This document shows, one piece after another, positions 57,859 to 64,000 of a stretch of DNA of 64,000 nucleotides. The translations under genes were made by a program, and so were the position numbers. The stretch spans positions 71,592-135,591 of the forward strand of contig JAZRGW010000023.1 of assembly GCA_045644425.1 (NCBI GenBank). The letters are read 5' to 3'. Source of the DNA: Victivallaceae bacterium (GTDB lineage: Bacteria > Verrucomicrobiota > Lentisphaeria > Victivallales > Victivallaceae). A model generated the notes under the pieces. The model was not told where the DNA came from and made no database searches. It saw nothing but the letters and a program-made list of their open reading frames with translations. Position 1 is the stretch's first letter, and each line of letters begins with the position of its first letter.

Positions 57859-58479
57859 TTACCTCCATGGTGTCCATAATTGATTTTTTACATTGAAGTG
57901 TCCATTCGGCTTTCTGCCGCCGAGATCTTTTTCGGTGTAAAGCCGGATATTACCGGCGGCTGTGATATAATGGAAACGGTTGCTGTGCCGTTTGGTTCCG
58001 GGATTCTGAACCGGCTGCAGCATCGGGATTTTGGCATCGCCGAAAATTATCAACTTTTCCGGATTGATAAAATTGTGCATGGTGGCACGCCGGGTTTTAC
58101 TGTTGTAAGTGTGCATTCTTTCATTCATCCCGTAACTGGAAACAGAGGTACAGTGCAGCTGGGGAACCAGCGGATCAGGTTTCTCTTTATACATATGAGC
58201 ATTGCGGTAATCTTCCGGACAGGCGGCAAATTGACGGGTTCCGTAATACGGATCGATCTTGCCGCTCCAGAATGTCCAGAGCGGTTTTTCCTCTGTCCAC
58301 ACCGGAGGCATCACCCCGTAAGTTTCGGCATAATTCTGCATAAGACGCAGGATCTGCCGCAAATTATCCGCACAAAGAGCCTGCTTCGCATCTTTCCGGG
58401 GTGCCGCTCCGGTAAAAAGCAGAAACAACAGCAGCAATACCGGCAGACATAACAAAAGTTCTTTACAGCTTTTCATCAC
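57859..58479 (-). CDS. Degenerate DUF1559-like protein (ordinary hydrophobic leader, H-x9-AG)
   Basis: LCADNLRQILRLMQNYAETYGVMPP aligns with the [10 protein letters not shown]... region of the pseudopilins. The G/FTLIE cleavage-methylation site is absent and the C-terminal motif reads HSNRFHYITAAG. Confidence 0.7.
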   Translation of the reverse strand: MMKSCKELLLCLPVLLLLFLLFTGAAPRKDAKQALCADNLRQILRLMQNYAETYGVMPPVWTEEKPLWTFWSGKIDPYYGTRQFAACPEDYRNAHMYKEKPDPLVPQLHCTSVSSYGMNERMHTYNSKTRRATMHNFINPEKLIIFGDAKIPMLQPVQNPGTKRHSNRFHYITAAGNIRLYTEKDLGGRKPNGHFNVKNQLWTPWR

Positions 58480-58671
58480 ATCTCCTTTTTAAGTTGGTTG
58501 AATTAAATTATCCGATGAATGCAAAAATATAATATCCGGAAAAATATTTTTCAACAGACGATTACAAAAAATACGGAATTTTACCTATGGCAATAAATAA
58601 TCCTGAATTGACATACCCTGCTTTTTGTATATCAGAACGGAGATTTACTGACAGAAACGGACAATCTCCGG

Positions 58672-58710
58672 AAAAAACGTAGGGGCTGCTGCAAATTTTG
58701 CAACAGCCCC
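58672..58710 (-). terminator. Rho-independent terminator after the acetyl-xylan-esterase gene
   Basis: GGGGCTGCTGCAAA / TTTGCAACAGCCCC stem, followed on the minus strand by TACGTTTTTTCC. Confidence 0.8.
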
Positions 58711-58733
58711 GCGGCTATAATTTTTAATTCAGC

Positions 58734-60008
58734 TTACTTGATGATGTCGGCTTTTATTTTATTGACCGCTCTGGAATAATCACCCCAAACCTGATGGCCC
58801 ATCGAGGGGATCGTCACCAGTTTTTTACGGCTGCCCGGAATATTATTGTACATGGCTCTGGTCGATGAGGGGGCACAAGTGGTATCGGCGTAACCCATAA
58901 TCACTGTGACATCGGCATTTTTGATGCGGCGGGCAAAATTGGCAGCATCAAAATAGAGCATATTTTTACGGGATAATTCACTCATGGGAGTTTTTTCATC
59001 CACATTCGGCCAGCCGCTGTTTCTGCCGGCACGGAAACCATTGAGGTCACAAAGGGCGGTAACGTTGCTGACGACCGCCTTGAATCTGCCGGGAACCAAT
59101 CCGGCAAGGATGATCCCGAAGCCGCCGCCCTGACTGCTGCCGGAATAGATCAGTTTATTTTTGTCGATCTCCGGCAATGCGGCGACACATTCGATCAGAC
59201 GGTTGATACCGATGATGGAGTTATACATCTGATTATTTTCCAGATTTTCATAACTTTTGTGCATATAGTGACCTTTGGCAGCGATCTCGATGTAATGCTG
59301 TTTGGTACTCTTTGCAGGATCAAGCGGATCATATTTATGCACATTACCGAAAAGTCCGGCAATGCTTCCCTCTGCGGGGATGCTCGAATAATTTGGTCCC
59401 GCACCGGGAACCGTGACCATCATCGGAACCGGTTTGCCGCTTTTGGGGATCCGCAGCGTGCCGTAGATCCTGCCGCCGCCGGGAGCAGCGACACTGACTT
59501 TGTATGCAGTGGATTTTGCAGTGGAAAATTTATCCAGCTTTTCCATTTTGAAATCCGCTTTGACTGCAGCTTCTTTTTTCAGGGCATTTTCCCAGAATTT
59601 ATCAAAATCTGCCGGAGCAGGAACGGCGGGAAAGATTTTTTCCACATCAAATCCGGCACCGATCACGGCACCGACCCGTTTTTTGTTGTGGATAAGTGAT
59701 GCATTCAAACGGAGAAAACCGGGTTTATCAAGGGTTCCGGAAATGGTTGCCTGACCGTTTTTATCCAGAGTCGCCGTTTCGTTTTTGATGATAGTTTTAC
59801 CGTCATAAGTCAACTTTAAAGTAATCTTGCTTCCGGCAAGAGCTTTGCCGTCATCTTTGGCTGTAACAGTAAAAGTGACTTTTTCACCACTTTTGTAGTG
59901 ATATGAACCGCGATCGGCTTTTACACTCATTTTCACTGCTCCGAAGAGCAATTGCGACAACATAAGTGCGGCACAGATAAACAGATTTTTCATAGATTTT
60001 CCTTTCAT
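58734..60008 (-). CDS. Secreted acetyl xylan esterase (CE7/AXE1-like) with N-terminal Ig-like domain
   Basis: Signal peptide, an Ig-like KVTFTVTAKDDG...LKLTYDG, FDKFWENAL, the nucleophile elbow GSSQGGG and a terminal SMGHQV. An alternative start at ATG 59993 has an AAGGA RBS. Confidence 0.8.
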   Translation of the reverse strand: MKGKSMKNLFICAALMLSQLLFGAVKMSVKADRGSYHYKSGEKVTFTVTAKDDGKALAGSKITLKLTYDGKTIIKNETATLDKNGQATISGTLDKPGFLRLNASLIHNKKRVGAVIGAGFDVEKIFPAVPAPADFDKFWENALKKEAAVKADFKMEKLDKFSTAKSTAYKVSVAAPGGGRIYGTLRIPKSGKPVPMMVTVPGAGPNYSSIPAEGSIAGLFGNVHKYDPLDPAKSTKQHYIEIAAKGHYMHKSYENLENNQMYNSIIGINRLIECVAALPEIDKNKLIYSGSSQGGGFGIILAGLVPGRFKAVVSNVTALCDLNGFRAGRNSGWPNVDEKTPMSELSRKNMLYFDAANFARRIKNADVTVIMGYADTTCAPSSTRAMYNNIPGSRKKLVTIPSMGHQVWGDYSRAVNKIKADIIK

Positions 60009-60148
60009 ATTTTCAAGCCTCTGGATTAAATATACCCCATATCAGCGGAAAATACAATAGTCGAACTGTTACCAATAAAAATTTTTCTCCCGGACTGTTT
60101 ACAATAATAGAGTGATCCCCCTGCCCTGTTTTCAAAAAAATATGGCAA

Positions 60149-60185
60149 TTTCTGAAAACGGATTGACATAACTATTTTTCAGAAA
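60149..60185. promoter_or_regulatory. 10-bp inverted repeat TTTCTGAAAA-N17-TTTTCAGAAA in the GRE/esterase divergent promoter region
   Basis: Perfect 10-nt arms at 60149-60158 and 60176-60185. The spacer contains TTGACA. Confidence 0.35.
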
Positions 60186-60212
60186 AAAGTATGCATACAC
60201 CTTATATCCGGC

Positions 60213-60240
60213 TTGAAAAAAGATTTTTCCAGACTATATT
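60213..60240 (+). promoter_or_regulatory. Sigma70-like promoter candidate for the GRE operon
   Basis: TTGAAA-16 nt-TATATT, 46 nt upstream of the GRE start. Whether this lineage uses the E. coli consensus is unknown. Confidence 0.3.
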
Positions 60241-60286
60241 ATGCCTGAATCAGCAGCAAAGTCAACTATTGTAAGCGGAGGTAAAA

Positions 60287-62332
60287 ATGCTTGATGCCAG
60301 ACTGAAAGAGTTGCGGGAAAAGACCCGTTCTGGGTACTATCATCAATTCCGGACACAGACACTGGATTTTGATGCTCTTTTGAAAAAGTGCGGTCAGCTT
60401 TCCACATATCAGAAACAATTTCAGGCATTCAGTTGTTATACATCCATTGAAAAACCGGTGATCATTCCCGGAGAAAAGCTGCAATTCACCCGTACTCTTG
60501 GAATCATCATCCCCCGGGTCGAAGACGGATATATACTGGAAAATCTTTCCCCTGATTACGGCATGCTGCTTAAAAACGGCATTGCCGGACGTATCGCCGT
60601 TGCGGAAAAAGGGTTGAATGATCCGGCTGCCACCAGCGAGGAAAAAGATTTCCTTTCCGCCGCCATCGGTTCACTCAAAGCGGCTCTTGATCTTGCCCGC
60701 CGTTATGCTGAAGCGGCTGAAACTGCCGGTGAAACGGAAATGGCGGCAATTTTACGGAAAGTGCCGGAAAATCCTGCGGAAACTCTGCATGAAGCATTGC
60801 AGATGATCGTTTTCTGCAACGCTATGATCCGTTTATCCGGCGGCTGCCATTCCGGATTCGGCAGAGCAGATCAATATCTGCTTGAATATTACCGCCGTGA
60901 CCTGGCTTCCGGTAAGGAAACTGAAGAATCCGCCCGCGAATTGCTCACTGAATTTTTTATCATGCTCAGCAGAGATTACGACCTCTACAACGGTGTGCAG
61001 AAAGGCGACAACGGTCAATCCATGGTTCTCGGCGGCATCCTGCCCGACGGCAGTAACGGTGACAACGAGCTTACCATACTTTTGATGGATATTGCCGCTG
61101 ATCTGGCGATGATCGAACCGAAAATCAATCTGCGTCTGTCAGATAATACTTCGCAGGAGGTTCTGAAAAGTGCCGTCCGCCTTTCCGGATGCGGTCTTGG
61201 ATTCCCCCAGTACAGCAACGATGAAGTAGTGATCGACGGTCTGGTAAAATTCGGTTATCCATTGGAAAAAGCCAGAAATTACATTATGGCAGCGTGCTGG
61301 GAGTTTGTGATCCCCGGCGGCAGGGATATACCGAACCTTTTTGCCATGAATTTTGCTCTTGCTGCCGACCGGGCGATCCGTGCCGGATTACGGGAAAAAG
61401 ATGATTTCAACGCCATTTTAAATCGCTTGCCGGGAGTGATGAAAGAACTTTTTGAAGAGGAAAAAGAACGGCGTACCCGCTGGCTGGAATTTGTCTGCAA
61501 TCCCCTCTTTTCATCATTCTGTACCGATTGCCTTGAAAACCGGCAAGATCTGAATATTTCCGGCGGAACCCACCGCAACTTCGGATGTCACGGTTGTGCT
61601 TCAAGTACGGCTGCCGACTCTCTTGTTGCTGTAAAAAAACTGGTGTTTGAAGAAAAAACCATCGCCCCGGAAATGCTGCTGAAAGCTCTGGAAAAGAATT
61701 TTGAGGGATTTGAGGATATCCGTCAAAAGCTCAAAGCCTGCGAAGAACGTGTCGGCTGCGACAGTGCTGAAGCTGACGGAATGCTCAAACTGCTCTTTGA
61801 TACTTTCGCCGATACGCTGGAAAAATCTGTTCCGACCAGATTCGGTGAGAAAGTCCGTCCGGGAACCGGTTCAGCGATGTACTATGTGATTTTGACCAAA
61901 GATAAAAATCATCCTGCTTACCTTGCCGCAACTGCTGACGGCAGAAAAGAAGGTGAATATATTTCTTCAAGTCTTTCCCCTGCCCCGGGGGTGAAAGCTG
62001 CCGGTATGCTCAGCGTGCTTGAAAGTTACTCAAATATCGACTATTCAAGAGTATGCAACGGCGGACCGATCACCATGGAAGTCGATCCGGTCTACTTCAA
62101 AAGCGATGAAGCTCGGGATAAAATGACGGGATTTTTAAAAGCATTCCACCGTTCCGGATGTCAGCAATTACAACTCAATACTCTGGATGCCGATCTGCTC
62201 CGCGAGGCACAAGCTCATCCGGAAAACTACCGTGACCTGATCGTGCGGGTCTGGGGCTGGAGCGGATATTTTGTGGAACTGGAAAAGGTCTATCAGGATC
62301 AGATCATCAACCGGCAGGCTTTCCGGGGATAA
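60287..62332 (+). CDS. Glycyl radical enzyme (PFL-like fold), compact 681-aa form, C-x-E eliminase-type active-site loop
   Basis: C-terminal glycyl radical motif LIVRVWGWSGYFVEL..QDQIINR. Cys loop IMAACWEFVIPGG. A GGAGG RBS precedes the ATG. Confidence 0.85.
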   Translation: MLDARLKELREKTRSGYYHQFRTQTLDFDALLKKCGQLSTYQKQFQAFSCYTSIEKPVIIPGEKLQFTRTLGIIIPRVEDGYILENLSPDYGMLLKNGIAGRIAVAEKGLNDPAATSEEKDFLSAAIGSLKAALDLARRYAEAAETAGETEMAAILRKVPENPAETLHEALQMIVFCNAMIRLSGGCHSGFGRADQYLLEYYRRDLASGKETEESARELLTEFFIMLSRDYDLYNGVQKGDNGQSMVLGGILPDGSNGDNELTILLMDIAADLAMIEPKINLRLSDNTSQEVLKSAVRLSGCGLGFPQYSNDEVVIDGLVKFGYPLEKARNYIMAACWEFVIPGGRDIPNLFAMNFALAADRAIRAGLREKDDFNAILNRLPGVMKELFEEEKERRTRWLEFVCNPLFSSFCTDCLENRQDLNISGGTHRNFGCHGCASSTAADSLVAVKKLVFEEKTIAPEMLLKALEKNFEGFEDIRQKLKACEERVGCDSAEADGMLKLLFDTFADTLEKSVPTRFGEKVRPGTGSAMYYVILTKDKNHPAYLAATADGRKEGEYISSSLSPAPGVKAAGMLSVLESYSNIDYSRVCNGGPITMEVDPVYFKSDEARDKMTGFLKAFHRSGCQQLQLNTLDADLLREAQAHPENYRDLIVRVWGWSGYFVELEKVYQDQIINRQAFRG

Positions 62333-62345
62333 CGGAATAAGCAAA

Positions 62346-63107
62346 ATGGATGGAGTAATTTTCGACATAGCCGAATGCAGTATCCATGACGGTCCGGGAA
62401 TGAGGATAACCGTTTTTTTCAAAGGATGTCCTTTAAGATGCCGCTGGTGTCACTCTCCGGAAGGGCAATCACCGGAAATCGAACTCCTCCATCCGGCAAA
62501 CCTCGCTCCCCGTCAATGCGGAAAAGTGTGGAGTGCGGAAAAACTTGTTTCCTATTTGAGCAAAAGAGCCAAGCTGCTCGACGGCGGAATAACTTTTTCC
62601 GGCGGTGAACCTTTGATGCAAAGTGATTTCCTTCTGGAAGTGCTGGAAAACCTTTCCGGTATCCACACCCTTGTCGACAGTTGCGGCTTTGCCCGGCAGG
62701 AAAAATTCCTGAAAGTCGCTTCCAAAGTTTCCATGTTCTTTTTCGGGCTGAAACTTATCAATGATGATGAATCACTATTCTGGACCGGGCAGAAAAGTAA
62801 CATCGTACTGAAAAATCTGCTCGCTCTCGACCGGGAAACATCTACTCCTTATCATCTGCGTATACCATTTTTGGCCGGTGTCACTGATAGAAAAAGTTAC
62901 CTTGGGGAACTGGAAAAATTCTGCCGTCAGCTCCACCGGGCTGCAAGTATCGACTTTCTGCCATCCAATCCCGAAGCCGGAGCGAAGTATGCTTCATGCG
63001 GCAAAACCTTTTTCCCCGGCTTTGATGTTGAAAAAAAAGCGACCCTGCCCGGCTGGTTCGATCCAGGTTTTCCGGTCAGGGTACTTTCAGCCGGTCAGAT
63101 AAGCTGA
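62346..63107 (+). CDS. Glycyl-radical enzyme activating protein (radical SAM), minimal form
   Basis: MDGVIFDIAECSIHDGPGMRITVFFKGCPLRCRWCHSPE (CxxxCxxC) and GGITFSGGEPL. Start ATG 62346 lies 13 nt after the GRE stop (the track start 62271 overlaps the GRE). There is no ferredoxin-like Cys insert. Confidence 0.85.
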   Translation: MDGVIFDIAECSIHDGPGMRITVFFKGCPLRCRWCHSPEGQSPEIELLHPANLAPRQCGKVWSAEKLVSYLSKRAKLLDGGITFSGGEPLMQSDFLLEVLENLSGIHTLVDSCGFARQEKFLKVASKVSMFFFGLKLINDDESLFWTGQKSNIVLKNLLALDRETSTPYHLRIPFLAGVTDRKSYLGELEKFCRQLHRAASIDFLPSNPEAGAKYASCGKTFFPGFDVEKKATLPGWFDPGFPVRVLSAGQIS

Positions 63108-63134
63108 CCGGCACGGTTTATTTTCAGCGATCCG

Positions 63135-63986
63135 TCAGATGGCACGGATTTTCAAATGGGCATTATCCTCGTGGATGATCCGTTTGCCGGTCTTGCGTGC
63201 CTCTTCGGCATCGGCGATCGCTTTCTGAATTGCCGGAACAGCATTTTCCAGAAATTCCGCTTCGATTTTCTTACCGGTTTCGGCACAGGCTCTTTCAGGG
63301 AAACCCATCACACCGACTTTCACATCGGCACGCTGGCTGGTCTGAATGATCTCCTGCTTGAGGTTAGTGAAAGATTCGCGGAGCTGGAAGCTGTCGGGAT
63401 CTTTACGGAGACGGGCGGCAACTTCCGGCTCATCCATGACGATTTCATCACGAACAACTTCCGGTGACCAGTGAAGCAGAAGTGAACCCTCGGCATCAGC
63501 TGCGTGGTAATCCTCTTCATCGAAAAATTTTGTCCAGGTCGGCGAAAAATCCCAGATCTGGGTCAAAAGGATGAGTGTATCACGCAACGCCGGGTTGAGC
63601 CATTTGAGAATACGCAGAGATTCTTTAAGGTGAAGCAAACTTTCACTGCCGCCGTGACCGGGCAGGATGATGATGTTGCGGAAACCCTGCAGCACCAGAG
63701 ATTCAATGATCTCACCGACAAGGTTGGCAAAGGTATTGGGTTTCACATTGATCGTACCCTGAAGCATGCCGCCGCTGAAAGTGTAGTTGAGTACGGGGGC
63801 ACAGATACAGCCGAGCTTTTCCGCCAGGGCTTTGGAACAGAATTCCGCATTGCGGATATCGGTATCCAGCGGCAGATGGAACCCATGCTGCTCGCAAAGA
63901 GCATAAGGCAGAATAATGGTCTGATTGGTTTTGAGGTACTCCTGCAATTCACGGACAGTGAAATCCTGCATACGGTAATGTTTCAT
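63135..63986 (-). CDS. Creatininase-family amidohydrolase
   Basis: ILPYALCEQHGFHLPLDTD and IILPGHGGS match the creatininase/MftE-family metal-binding blocks. A GGAGA RBS is present. Confidence 0.75.
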   Translation of the reverse strand: MKHYRMQDFTVRELQEYLKTNQTIILPYALCEQHGFHLPLDTDIRNAEFCSKALAEKLGCICAPVLNYTFSGGMLQGTINVKPNTFANLVGEIIESLVLQGFRNIIILPGHGGSESLLHLKESLRILKWLNPALRDTLILLTQIWDFSPTWTKFFDEEDYHAADAEGSLLLHWSPEVVRDEIVMDEPEVAARLRKDPDSFQLRESFTNLKQEIIQTSQRADVKVGVMGFPERACAETGKKIEAEFLENAVPAIQKAIADAEEARKTGKRIIHEDNAHLKIRAI

Positions 63987-64000
63987 AATAAAATTCTCCG

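Overview
This window looks like a glycan-utilisation-rich chromosomal segment from an anaerobic PVC-superphylum bacterium (Lentisphaerota, Kiritimatiellota or Verrucomicrobiota-like). That placement is an inference from five DUF1559-type pseudopilin genes (prepilin leader plus H-x9-DG), a glycyl radical enzyme and Fe-S oxidoreductases. I count about 45 credible CDS and one tmRNA, and found no rRNA, tRNA or CRISPR by eye.

Layout:
- (i) 1-15 kb: one long + strand operon, LacI -> GH2 -> three paralogous ~1040-aa secreted proteins, with a pseudopilin gene embedded.
- (ii) 15-21 kb: YejM-like sulfatase, YigZ, two alpha/beta hydrolases, an IS4-type transposase relic and an aldo-keto reductase/ferredoxin fusion.
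- (iii) 21.6-33.7 kb: a minus-strand operon, GH2 (beta-glucuronidase-like) -> pseudopilin -> four secreted or large proteins.
- (iv) 33.8-37.5 kb: an AT-rich islet abutting the 3' end of ssrA. It carries a seven-fold zinc-ribbon repeat protein with a nuclease-like tail.
- (v) 38-41.7 kb: housekeeping genes (metallophosphoesterase, grpE, dnaJ, smpB).
- (vi) 41.7-60 kb: three more cassettes of regulator + pseudopilin + large secreted protein, with esterases and an alpha-galactosidase-like GH.
- (vii) 60-64 kb: a compact glycyl radical enzyme with a minimal activase, and a creatininase-family gene.

Most interesting:
- A pseudopilin gene recurs inside every CAZyme operon.
- A triplicated secreted protein family has an unassigned, conserved C-terminal domain.
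- An A8 homopolymer separates a lipoprotein signal peptide from its enzyme.
- The ssrA-linked islet has repeated 9-10-mers and a degenerate copy of the tmRNA 3' end.
- Three gene relics are absent from the ORF track (transposase, macro domain, metallophosphoesterase).

All functional calls rest on motif recognition by eye. No database search was run.
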